64,000 nucleotides of DNA from Candidatus Omnitrophota bacterium (GTDB taxonomy: Bacteria; Omnitrophota; Gorgyraeia; 1-14-0-20-64-10), in contig JAHFFE010000001.1 in NCBI GenBank assembly GCA_023248155.1, positions 84,873-148,872 of the forward strand. Reading direction: 5' to 3'. Below are positions 31,879 through 40,447 of this stretch, one piece after another (position 1 is the first letter of the stretch; each line of letters begins with the position of its first letter). A program made the translations under genes and the position numbers. The notes beneath the pieces were generated by a model, which worked only from the letters and a program-made list of their open reading frames with translations, was not told the origin of the DNA and made no database searches.

Positions 31879-32836
31879 AATTTTCATCGGAAAATTAAAA
31901 CTGCAAAACCCCGTGATGGTTGCCTCCGGAACCTTCGGTTACGGCGAAGAGTACAACCGTTTGTATCCGGTGGACCGGCTCGGCGCGATCGTCACGAAAT
32001 CGATCAGCTTGAAACCGCGCTCGGGCAATCCGGCGCCGCGCATTTATGAAACGGCGTCGGGAATGCTCAATGCCATCGGCCTTCAGAATGTTGGCGCCGA
32101 TGCGTTCCTGAAAGAAAAAACACCTTTTTTGAATTCGCTGAAAAAAGCGAAAGTGATCGTCAACCTCGCCGGAGAATCGATTGAGGAATATGTGGAGCTG
32201 GCCCGGCGAATGGAGCGTGTATCCGCGGTGGACGGCATTGAGTTGAATATTTCCTGCCCCAATTGCGAGCGCGGCGGAATTGAATTTGGCGTTGATCCCG
32301 CTTTGACGGCGCAAGTGGTGGGCCGCGTGCGCAAAGTGACGCGCAAGCCGCTGATCGTGAAATTGTCTCCGAATGTCACCCAGATTGTCACAATCGCGCG
32401 CGCCGCCGTGGATGTGGGCGCCGACGCGCTGTCTCTGATTAATACGGTGTTGGCGACGGCAGTCGATATCCGGACCTGGAAACCGCGGATTGCCACGGTG
32501 ACCGGCGGGTTAAGCGGACCAGCCGTCAAACCGATCGCGCTGCGAATGGTGCTTCAGGTACACCGCGCGCTGCCTAAAGTTCCGCTGATCGGTATCGGCG
32601 GCGTTACCACCTGGGAAGATGCGGCGGAATTTCTGTTGTGCGGCGCCAGCGCCGTTCAGGTCGGAACCGCCAACTATGTGAATCCCAAAGCGCCGCTGCA
32701 AATCATCGATGGACTCAGCCGGTATTTGCAGGAAAAGAAATTAAAATCTCCGGCAGAATTGGTCGGAAAACTTCAGTTGCCCGGACAATGGCGCGGCGTT
32801 CCGCAGGTAATTTCCGGTGAGAGGAGAAAAAAATGA
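31868..32836 (+). CDS. pyrD: Dihydroorotate dehydrogenase (family 1B) catalytic subunit
   Basis: ASGTFGYG, GMLNAIGLQN, ELNISCPN, VKLSPN, GGLSGPAVKPIA. Confidence 0.96.
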   Translation: MKTEIFIGKLKLQNPVMVASGTFGYGEEYNRLYPVDRLGAIVTKSISLKPRSGNPAPRIYETASGMLNAIGLQNVGADAFLKEKTPFLNSLKKAKVIVNLAGESIEEYVELARRMERVSAVDGIELNISCPNCERGGIEFGVDPALTAQVVGRVRKVTRKPLIVKLSPNVTQIVTIARAAVDVGADALSLINTVLATAVDIRTWKPRIATVTGGLSGPAVKPIALRMVLQVHRALPKVPLIGIGGVTTWEDAAEFLLCGASAVQVGTANYVNPKAPLQIIDGLSRYLQEKKLKSPAELVGKLQLPGQWRGVPQVISGERRKK

Positions 32837-33534
32837 AACCGGTCGACCGGCTGATCGTCGCACTGGATCTGGAATTGCTGGACGACGCGGAAGCGATGGT
32901 GAAACGGCTGATGCCGCTGGGCGTCACCCATTTTAAAGTGGGGCTGAACCTGTTTACGTTGTACGGTCCGTCGGCCGCGGATGTGGTCCATCGCAATGGC
33001 GGCAAGGTGTTTCTGGATTTGAAATTCCATGATATTCCGAACACCGTCGGCAACGCCGTAGAAGCGGCCAGCCGGCTGGGCGTCTGGATGACGAATCTGC
33101 ATGCGCAGGGCGGCAGCGCGATGATGCGTAAAGGACTTTTATTCGCAAAAGGGCCGCTGTTAATCGGCGTTACGGTGCTGACGTCGATGGCCGACAAAGA
33201 GCTGGCTGAGCTGGGAATCGTAAAGCCGGTCAAAGAGCAGGTCCTTTATCTGGCGCGACTGGCCAAAGAATCCGGCTTGAACGGAATTGTCGCCTCTGCG
33301 CAGGAAGCCGCCGCGATCCGCTCGGCCTGCGGAAACGATTTTTTGATCATTACGCCGGGTGTGCGTCCCTCTTCGTCTGAGAAAAACGACCAGCAGAGAA
33401 CAGCCACTCCGGCCGAAGCGGTCGCCGCCGGCGCCGATTATATCGTGGTGGGCCGCCCGATTCTGGAAGCCAAAGACCCCATTGAAGTCGTTCAATCGAT
33501 TGTGCGAGAATTGGAAGGAAAGAGAGGACCCTAG
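32833..33534 (+). CDS. pyrF: Orotidine-5'-phosphate decarboxylase
   Basis: LIVALD, FLDLKFHDIPNTV, VTVLTS, TPGVR, DQQR..TP, VVGRPI. Confidence 0.98.
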   Translation: MKPVDRLIVALDLELLDDAEAMVKRLMPLGVTHFKVGLNLFTLYGPSAADVVHRNGGKVFLDLKFHDIPNTVGNAVEAASRLGVWMTNLHAQGGSAMMRKGLLFAKGPLLIGVTVLTSMADKELAELGIVKPVKEQVLYLARLAKESGLNGIVASAQEAAAIRSACGNDFLIITPGVRPSSSEKNDQQRTATPAEAVAAGADYIVVGRPILEAKDPIEVVQSIVRELEGKRGP

Positions 33535-33538
33535 AACG

Positions 33539-34114
33539 ATGCGATCCGACGATGTGCTGAGATTCTTCAAGGAATGCGGCGCTTTACTGGAAGGGCATTT
33601 TGTTCTTTCCAGCGGTTTGCACAGTTCTCAATATATGCAATGCGCTCTTTTGCTTCAGCATCCGGCGGTCGCCTCCAAATTATGCCTGGCGCTGGCCGAG
33701 CGATTTGTCAATGATGACATCACCTGCGTCGTAGCGCCTGCCATGGGCGGCATCATCGTTGGGTATGAAACAGCGCGCCATCTGCGCGTCCGTTCGATCT
33801 TCGGTGAGCGCCAGGACGGAAAATTTACGCTGCGCCGCGGTTTTGCGCTGGGGCCGGCCGACCGCTGCCTGCTCGTCGAGGATGTGGTAACCACCGGTGG
33901 GTCGGTGGAGGAACTGGCTGAAGTCGTCAAAAATGCCGGCGCGGCGGTGGTCGGCTATGGCGCGATTGTCGACCGTTCCAACGGCTGGGCCGTGTTCGAT
34001 ACGAAATTCCATGCATTGTTGAGCATGGAGATCAAAACATTCGAAGAGGCGCAATGCCCCATGTGCAAAGAAGGAATTCCAATCACCAAGCCGGGCAGCC
34101 GCGGCCTTAAATAG
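33539..34114 (+). CDS. pyrE: Orotate phosphoribosyltransferase
   Basis: GHFVLSSGLHS..Y.Q, LVEDVVTTGGS, CPMC..G.P..KPGSR; start taken at ATG 33539. Confidence 0.96.
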   Translation: MRSDDVLRFFKECGALLEGHFVLSSGLHSSQYMQCALLLQHPAVASKLCLALAERFVNDDITCVVAPAMGGIIVGYETARHLRVRSIFGERQDGKFTLRRGFALGPADRCLLVEDVVTTGGSVEELAEVVKNAGAAVVGYGAIVDRSNGWAVFDTKFHALLSMEIKTFEEAQCPMCKEGIPITKPGSRGLK

Positions 34115-34154
34115 ACCCTCAGTTCCATCCTCGTATCCATGCTACAATAATTTT

Positions 34155-35024
34155 ATGCATTCGTTTATTCGATTGCTCCGTTTGCGGCATTGGGTAAAAA
34201 ACAGTATTATTTTTGCTCCAGTCTTATTCTCCAAGCAATTTCTGAACCCTCTCATTTTAATCAAAGCGTGGGCCGGCTTTTTTGGACTCTGCGCCATTGC
34301 CAGCCTCGTTTATCTCATCAACGATTTCGTCGACATTGAAAAAGATCGCCAACATCCCATTAAACGAGAGCGACCGCTTGCCTCCGGTGCTGTTCGGCCG
34401 CTTGAAGCGATGGTTCTGGCCGTTGTTTTGGTTGGCCTTGCCTTTTTGCCGGCCATTATACTGGGAAGACAATTTGGTCTGATACTGGTTTTGTATGTGA
34501 TCAATAACCTGCTCTATTCGCTCTGGCTTAAAAACAAGGTGATTTTGGATGCGATGACGATTGCCGTTGGATTTTATCTGCGCATGCTGGCCGGTGTTGC
34601 GGTCTGCCAGGTCATTCCATCGGCGTGGATTTTGCTGGCCACATTTTTTGTGGCGTTGTTTCTGGCGTTTGGGAAACGGCGCGCCGAACTTCTGCAGTTG
34701 GGGGATGAGGCCAAGGTCCACCGAACGGTGTTAGGCAGTTATACTAAAAATTTTCTGGATCAAATCTTGGTTATTCTTGCCACAATGATTATTTTGACCT
34801 ACAGTTTGTATGCTTATTCTGATTATGCGCGACTACGGTTTGGAACCGAAGCACTGGTTTATACGATTCCGTTTGTGATTTACGGCATTTTTCGTTATTT
34901 TTATCTGATTCAAAACTCTTCTCGGGAATCGGACCCTATCCTTCTTTTAACACAGGATAAACCTTCGGGAGTTTGTCTTCTTTTGTGGCTGATCAGCTCT
35001 GTTCTTATCATCTATCGCTATTAA
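34155..35024 (+). CDS. UbiA-family polyprenyl-phosphate phosphoribosyltransferase (DPPR synthase-like)
   Basis: R..HWVKN, YLINDFVDIEKDRQHPIK..RPLASG, YSLWLK, AFGKRRAEL, YGIFRY. Confidence 0.88.
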   Translation: MHSFIRLLRLRHWVKNSIIFAPVLFSKQFLNPLILIKAWAGFFGLCAIASLVYLINDFVDIEKDRQHPIKRERPLASGAVRPLEAMVLAVVLVGLAFLPAIILGRQFGLILVLYVINNLLYSLWLKNKVILDAMTIAVGFYLRMLAGVAVCQVIPSAWILLATFFVALFLAFGKRRAELLQLGDEAKVHRTVLGSYTKNFLDQILVILATMIILTYSLYAYSDYARLRFGTEALVYTIPFVIYGIFRYFYLIQNSSRESDPILLLTQDKPSGVCLLLWLISSVLIIYRY

Positions 35025-35043
35025 TCGGGTGGACGAGTAAAAA

Positions 35044-36057
35044 ATGAAAATCTTGTTAACCGGTGCTCCCGGCTGGCTTGGAAATCGTTGTCTTGAAGTT
35101 TTTTTGAACGGGTACCATGGAGAAGGTTCCGCGCTTCCGGCCGCCGAATTCCGCTGTCTTGTTTTGCCCGGGACCGATTTGAGTTCTTTTAGAAAAATCT
35201 ATCCCGTTGCTGAGATTGCCGAAGGCGACGTCCGTGACCCCTCCTCCTTGAAAAAAGCGGTTCAGGGCATTGATGCAGTAGTTCATCTGGTCGGCGTAAT
35301 CCATCCGAAAAAGGTTCTAGACTGGACTCAGATTAATGCTGAGGGAACCCGGCATTTAATCCAGGCTTGCGTTGAGGCTGGCGTGCGGCGCGTGATTCAT
35401 ATCAGCAGCAACTCGGTTGCCGGCACCACTCGGCAGCCGGTTTTAATGACCGAAACCGATCTGCCGAATCCGTATCTGGGCTATGGCCGCAGTAAATATC
35501 AGGCGGAGCAATTTGTGCAGAATGGGTGCCGTCGGCATGGACTGGAAGCCGTTATTTTACGGCCCTGCTGGTATTATGGCCCAGGCCAGCCGGATCGGCA
35601 AACGCGGTTTCTCAAGATGATCAAAAACGGCCATCCGCTCATTTTTGGAAACGGCCAGAATTTAAGAAGCATGTCTTACCTGGACAATACCATTCAGGCA
35701 ATCATCCAGGCGATCCGGACTCCGGTCGCCAACGGCCAGGTCTACTGGATTGCCGATGAGAAACCGTACAAAACAATCGAGATTTATGAAACAGTCGCCC
35801 GGCTTTTGAACGTTAAAAAAATGACGCCGCGCTATTTGCCCGACCTGATTTCCGAAGCTTGTCTGGCGGCCGACACGGTATTGCAGGCGGCCGGAATTTA
35901 TATTTCTGAAATTCATGTGGCCGGCGAACTGAATAAACATATTGCCTGCAGCATAGAAAAAGCGAAAAAAGAACTCGGCTATGCGCCGGCGGTGGGGTTG
36001 GAAGAAGGCTGGCGCCGGTCGATTGACTGGTGCCGAAAAACAGGCGTGGAGATTTAA
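35044..36057 (+). CDS. NAD-dependent epimerase/dehydratase (extended SDR)
   Basis: LLTGAPGWLG, YGRSK, LRPCWYYGP. Confidence 0.9.
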   Translation: MKILLTGAPGWLGNRCLEVFLNGYHGEGSALPAAEFRCLVLPGTDLSSFRKIYPVAEIAEGDVRDPSSLKKAVQGIDAVVHLVGVIHPKKVLDWTQINAEGTRHLIQACVEAGVRRVIHISSNSVAGTTRQPVLMTETDLPNPYLGYGRSKYQAEQFVQNGCRRHGLEAVILRPCWYYGPGQPDRQTRFLKMIKNGHPLIFGNGQNLRSMSYLDNTIQAIIQAIRTPVANGQVYWIADEKPYKTIEIYETVARLLNVKKMTPRYLPDLISEACLAADTVLQAAGIYISEIHVAGELNKHIACSIEKAKKELGYAPAVGLEEGWRRSIDWCRKTGVEI

Positions 36058-36059
36058 CA

Positions 36060-37097
36060 ATGCCCACCGTATTAATCACGGGCGGATCCGGTTTCTTTGG
36101 GCAGCATCTGTGCCGCCGGTTTTTACAGGGCGGGTACAAGGTTCGCGTACTCGACCGTACGCCGTTTCATGCGCCGGACCTTGAATCAAAGATCGAATTC
36201 ATTCAGGGGGATTTACAGGATTCGGACGTGGTCCTCCGGGCGGTTTCCGGATGCGAAATCGTGATTCATAATGCGGCCGTGGTTCCGTTGTCGCGCGCCG
36301 GAAAAGAATACTGGAACGTTAATGTGAACGGCACCCGCAATGTGCTGGCCGCTGCGCATGAAAACCACGTACGAAAACTGGTCCATATCTCGACGAGCGC
36401 CGTTTACGGTGACCCGGTTCATATGCCGATTGATGAAACAACACCGTTTACGCCGTTTGGTCAATATGGCCGGTCCAAGCAGGAAGCAGAATCGCTTTGC
36501 CAGACGTTCAAGAAAAACGGGCTGGACATCACCATCATCCGGCCTCGGCCGATTTTAGGATCGGGACGGCTGGGTATTCTTTACCTGCTGTTGGAATGGA
36601 TTCGGGAAGGGAAGAACTTTTACATTATGGGATCGGGTCGGAATAAATTTCAGCTAATCAGCGCTCAGGATTTAGCGCAGGTCTGCTGGCTGGCGTTTAA
36701 GAAACCGTGCCTGAATGAAGATTTCAATATCGGCACCGAAACTTTTTCCACGCTGCGCGAAGATTTGGAAGCACTGGCGCAGCATGCAGGAACCGGATCG
36801 CGCATCATTAGCCTTCCGGTGCTTCCGGCCCGCGTGATTCTCTGGTTTTTGGATCTGCTGCATTTGGCGCCGCTGGTCGGATGGCATTACCGGCTCTTGG
36901 AGCGTGATTTCTGGTTCTCCACCGAAAAAGCGAAGAGAATTCTGGGTTGGTCCAGCCGGCAGAGCAATGTACAAATGCTAATTGCCACCTACGACTGGTA
37001 TAGTGCCCATTATCGCGAATACGAACATTTTTCGGGAACCACGCATCAGTCTAAAGTGAAAATGGGCCTGCTGAATTTTCTCAAGAAGATTTCGTAG
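36060..37097 (+). CDS. NAD-dependent epimerase/dehydratase (extended SDR)
   Basis: LITGGSGFFG, HNAA, STSAVYG, YGRSK. Confidence 0.9.
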   Translation: MPTVLITGGSGFFGQHLCRRFLQGGYKVRVLDRTPFHAPDLESKIEFIQGDLQDSDVVLRAVSGCEIVIHNAAVVPLSRAGKEYWNVNVNGTRNVLAAAHENHVRKLVHISTSAVYGDPVHMPIDETTPFTPFGQYGRSKQEAESLCQTFKKNGLDITIIRPRPILGSGRLGILYLLLEWIREGKNFYIMGSGRNKFQLISAQDLAQVCWLAFKKPCLNEDFNIGTETFSTLREDLEALAQHAGTGSRIISLPVLPARVILWFLDLLHLAPLVGWHYRLLERDFWFSTEKAKRILGWSSRQSNVQMLIATYDWYSAHYREYEHFSGTTHQSKVKMGLLNFLKKIS

Positions 37098-37110
37098 ATT
37101 TGAAGGAAGG

Positions 37111-37186
37111 TGGTGCCGAGGCGCGGAATTGAACCGCGGACGCCAGGATTTTCAGTCCTGCGCTCTACCAACTGAGCTACCTCGGC
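37111..37186 (-). tRNA. tRNA-Phe(GAA), CCA encoded
   Basis: Reverse complement GCCGAGGTAGCTCAGTTGGTAGAGCGCAGGACT-GAA-AATCCTG...GGTTCAATTCCGCGCCTCGGCACCA. Confidence 0.97.
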
Positions 37187-37270
37187 AGTATGTTTTGGAA
37201 GCTTTTATTATACCAGAGATCAGGCGCAGCGATATTTCATGAATTCCGGGTCTGGTGGTACGATAAAAGA

Positions 37271-38470
37271 ATGGAGTATTCCGGCGACTCGCCAAAAGGC
37301 TCTTTCCGAATAGCCAAAGTTTCTTTTACCGCCCAAAGTGTCTGTGTAAAAATTGTTCTTGTCATAGAAAACAACTTTCTGGAATTTCTGCGACGCGTTT
37401 TTTGGCCGAGACAGAAGCCGCAACAAAGCCACCGGATATGTATTTATCGGATCGGAAACCTGGGCGATATTCTCTGCGCGATCCCTGCCATGTGGGCGAT
37501 TCGTCAGGCCTATCCATCGGCTCACCTTACCCTGCTGACTTCCCCAGGAACCAAAGGAATGCCCGGAGCTGAGCAGCTCCTTGCGGGTGCGGGCTGGCTG
37601 GACAATCTTTTTGTTTACTACGCTGAAGAGATCAATAATTTTTCTAAACAACGGCAGTTTTTAGATCAATTGCGCTCGCAAAAATTCGATCTTTGGATCG
37701 AATTGCCAAATGATCTTTCCAACATGCTGATTTCTATAAGAAACATGGTGTTGGCGCGGCTTTCTGGTGCTTGCTGGGGCTATGGATGGCGGATTAACAC
37801 GGTTGCTTTCTGGAGACGTGCGCAATTTGAGAAAGGCGCATTTCCGAGTGAGACGGAACGGTTGCTGAAAGTAGTCGCTCAGGCAGGTATAGAACCCGGG
37901 AATGTTTCGTTCCCTTTGCCGCTGACCGAACAACACCGTCAAAGCGTTAATGGTTTGCTGGAAAAATATGGAATTGATATAAAACGGTTGATCGCGATTG
38001 CTCCAGGCGCCAAACGTGCTCTGAATCGCTGGCCGGCCGAACAATTTGCAGATGTCGGCCGGCGGTTCGTCCAGCGTGGTTTTCAGATTGCATTGATTGG
38101 TGGCGCGCAGGATCAGATTATTTGCCGGGAAATATCGGAAAAAATTGGCTCAGGCAGTTACGATCTTTCCGGGAAAACAACTCCACTGGAATCTTGCGAA
38201 CTGTTGAAAAGATGCCGTCTGTTGATCGCGAACGATTCAGGGGTTCAACACATGGCTGCGGCGGTTAACACGCGATGTATTTCACTATTTTCCTGCCGAG
38301 ATATGCCCGGCAAGTGGCACCCTTACGGCAGTCAAAATATTGTGCTGAGAAAATGGGTTCAATGTTGCGGCTGTTTGCTTGAAACATGCCCCTATGACAA
38401 TCAGTGCATCAAGCTGATTCAGGCCAGCGATGTGGAAGAGGCTGCTGGAGGCTTAACCGCCTGGACATAG
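37271..38470 (+). CDS. Glycosyltransferase family 9 (heptosyltransferase-like)
   Basis: IGNLGDILCAIPA, IAPGAK...RWP, LSGKT, ANDSGVQHMAAA, C..C....CP...C; start taken at ATG 37271. Confidence 0.88.
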   Translation: MEYSGDSPKGSFRIAKVSFTAQSVCVKIVLVIENNFLEFLRRVFWPRQKPQQSHRICIYRIGNLGDILCAIPAMWAIRQAYPSAHLTLLTSPGTKGMPGAEQLLAGAGWLDNLFVYYAEEINNFSKQRQFLDQLRSQKFDLWIELPNDLSNMLISIRNMVLARLSGACWGYGWRINTVAFWRRAQFEKGAFPSETERLLKVVAQAGIEPGNVSFPLPLTEQHRQSVNGLLEKYGIDIKRLIAIAPGAKRALNRWPAEQFADVGRRFVQRGFQIALIGGAQDQIICREISEKIGSGSYDLSGKTTPLESCELLKRCRLLIANDSGVQHMAAAVNTRCISLFSCRDMPGKWHPYGSQNIVLRKWVQCCGCLLETCPYDNQCIKLIQASDVEEAAGGLTAWT

Positions 38471-39174
38471 AGTGAAAATGGTTCGGGAGGATCGATAAAA
38501 TCGAAAAGTTGCAACGGCCAACTGAAGAGAAATAGAGGGAAAGCCGCCGCATCGCCACCTAATCCTCTAAGCCGCCGAACAGCCCGATCCAGCTGAACAA
38601 GCAGTGGCGATCCTAGGCCAACGGCTTGAATTAACTGAAATCCGATTGGCTCTAAAAGTTCGCGGTAACTTTCCAGTGTGTATCCATCCCGCACGTGCCC
38701 CCCATCCTCAGGATTATCAATTCGTCCGAGATGATGCTCGGGATGTAATGCGTAAGGACAACAGAGATGTAATACGCCATTAGGACGCAGGAGATCGTAA
38801 AACGATTGCAAGATCAGCCCATCTTCACGAATGTGCTCCAGAGTTTCGGAGCAAATGATCTGATCGAATTGTTTGCCAAGTTTTGGCAACTCATAAAGGT
38901 TGTAGGACTGAAACTCAAGCCGAGAAGGATCTGTCCTGAGAAAACTAAATAGAGCCGAACACTTCGCTGTTTCCTGATTATTATAGGTAAGCCCCAGTAC
39001 GCGGTTTCCTTTTTGATAGGCAGCATAAGCAAGAGCTCCATTGCCGCACCCCGCATCCAGTGTATCTAAGGTGCCTGATCGAAAGAATTTGGGAAGAAAA
39101 CGATAACGGCACCTGGTATGTAAATCTAAGCCGGGAAATAAGAGTTGCTTAAGGAGAAGATTTGTATTGTTCAT
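38419..39174 (-). CDS. Class I SAM-dependent methyltransferase
   Basis: LDAGCGNG, FDQIICSETLEHI, LRPNG, GHVRDGY; start taken at ATG 39174. Confidence 0.86.
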   Translation of the reverse strand: MNNTNLLLKQLLFPGLDLHTRCRYRFLPKFFRSGTLDTLDAGCGNGALAYAAYQKGNRVLGLTYNNQETAKCSALFSFLRTDPSRLEFQSYNLYELPKLGKQFDQIICSETLEHIREDGLILQSFYDLLRPNGVLHLCCPYALHPEHHLGRIDNPEDGGHVRDGYTLESYRELLEPIGFQLIQAVGLGSPLLVQLDRAVRRLRGLGGDAAAFPLFLFSWPLQLFDFIDPPEPFSLYVQAVKPPAASSTSLA

Positions 39175-39182
39175 ATTGTAAT

Positions 39183-39198
39183 AACGGGGCCGACGGGA
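39183..39198 (+). repeat. 16-bp direct repeat of the tRNA-Asp 3' end (att-like)
   Basis: AACGGGGCCGACGGGA is identical at 39183-39198 and 40170-40185. Confidence 0.85.
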
Positions 39199-39320
39199 CG
39201 ATTTTGGAACCGGCCTAGACCCCACTAACGGTGATTTTAGCAGGTTTTTGGAGGAGTTTCGAGTCTGGTGCCTAACAAAAGAGGCCGAAAACTGGATCAG
39301 CTGAACGATCATTTAAGGAA

Positions 39321-40136
39321 TCAGATTATAGAGGCGATATGAATAATAGCATACAGCTCTTTGCCCCACCAGCAGCTGAGTAGTTTGGAAACCAGATTCC
39401 GGGCGTTGTCACGGATCACGATCTCCACGCGGCTTTGTGGGAACTGTTGCTGCAGGAATTTTTTAAGCGCTGACGGAGTATACAGATTAATATGCATAGT
39501 TTCATAGAGGTCTCTTGGCGGAAAAACCTCAAAAGTTCTCCGGAACCAGGCTTTCCAGGCGTATTCTTTTCGCTTGCCGCGGATTGCTTTGGAAATCCGG
39601 GTTATGATCGTGAATGGCAAAGAAAGCGCCCGTTTAAGCGGGAATAAACAGGTCTCATAATAAACATTATCGGTGTGGATGACGATTCGGGCCCCTGAAT
39701 TCAGGTGAGGCCGCATGCGGCTGAAGAATTCCTGAAGTTGGCTCGTGGTTAGATGCTCCACGACATCCAGCAAAAAAACCAGATCATAATTTTTATTAAA
39801 TTTAAACGAGCCGATATCTTTCTGATAAACCTCTGTTTGGGAGGAAGCGGAGAGCGGCTGGAGTGTCTCTTTCGTGATTTCTACGGCGGCCTGGCTGAAA
39901 TCGACGGCGATTACTTTGCAGCCAGCCTTGGCGCATTGATACGTGATTTCCCCGCGCCCGCAACCCATGTCCAGCACTGTCTCGCCGGCTTTGGGATCGG
40001 CCAGCTCAAACGCCCATTGTTGGCGGGGGGGCAGCCGGTTTCCCCTGGAGAGCTGATATAATTCGTACCCTCCCGCACTTTTCAGAAAATAATCTCTTGT
40101 ATAAATATCGGGAGGCAGTGCGGAAGCAGTATCCAA
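39321..40136 (-). CDS. Class I SAM-dependent methyltransferase
   Basis: VLDMGCGRGE, VDFS..AV, DLVFLLDVVEHL, MHINL; TTG start with AAGGA upstream. Confidence 0.86.
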   Translation of the reverse strand: MDTASALPPDIYTRDYFLKSAGGYELYQLSRGNRLPPRQQWAFELADPKAGETVLDMGCGRGEITYQCAKAGCKVIAVDFSQAAVEITKETLQPLSASSQTEVYQKDIGSFKFNKNYDLVFLLDVVEHLTTSQLQEFFSRMRPHLNSGARIVIHTDNVYYETCLFPLKRALSLPFTIITRISKAIRGKRKEYAWKAWFRRTFEVFPPRDLYETMHINLYTPSALKKFLQQQFPQSRVEIVIRDNARNLVSKLLSCWWGKELYAIIHIASII

Positions 40137-40171
40137 ATTTCAAGTCCTTAAGAGGTCATCTATTTGAAAAA

Positions 40172-40246
40172 CGGGGCCGACGGGATTTGAACCCGCGATC
40201 TTCAGATTGACAATCTGACGCGTTAGGCCGGCTACGCTACGACCCC
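40172..40246 (-). tRNA. tRNA-Asp(GTC), CCA not encoded
   Basis: Reverse complement GGGGTCGTAGCGTAGCCGGCCTAACGCGTCAGATT-GTC-AATCTGA...GGTTCAAATCCCGTCGGCCCCG. Confidence 0.96.
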
Positions 40247-40289
40247 TCTAAGGACACTAGTATAGCAAAAAAAGATAGTTCCGAAAGCA

Positions 40290-40366
40290 TGGTGGGCGAA
40301 ACAGGGCTCGAACCTGTGACCCCTTCCGTGTAAAGGAAGTGCTCTAACCAACTGAGCTATTCGCCC
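40290..40366 (-). tRNA. tRNA-Val(TAC), CCA encoded
   Basis: Reverse complement GGGCGAATAGCTCAGTTGGTTAGAGCACTTCCTT-TAC-ACGGAAG...GGTTCGAGCCCTGTTTCGCCCACCA. Confidence 0.97.
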
Positions 40367-40447
40367 GCTAAGGTGTTCTTTCATTAAAGCATAAAAAGGG
40401 AGATTGCCGAACAGAGAATTTCTGAAAACTCTGTTAAAATGTTTTTA

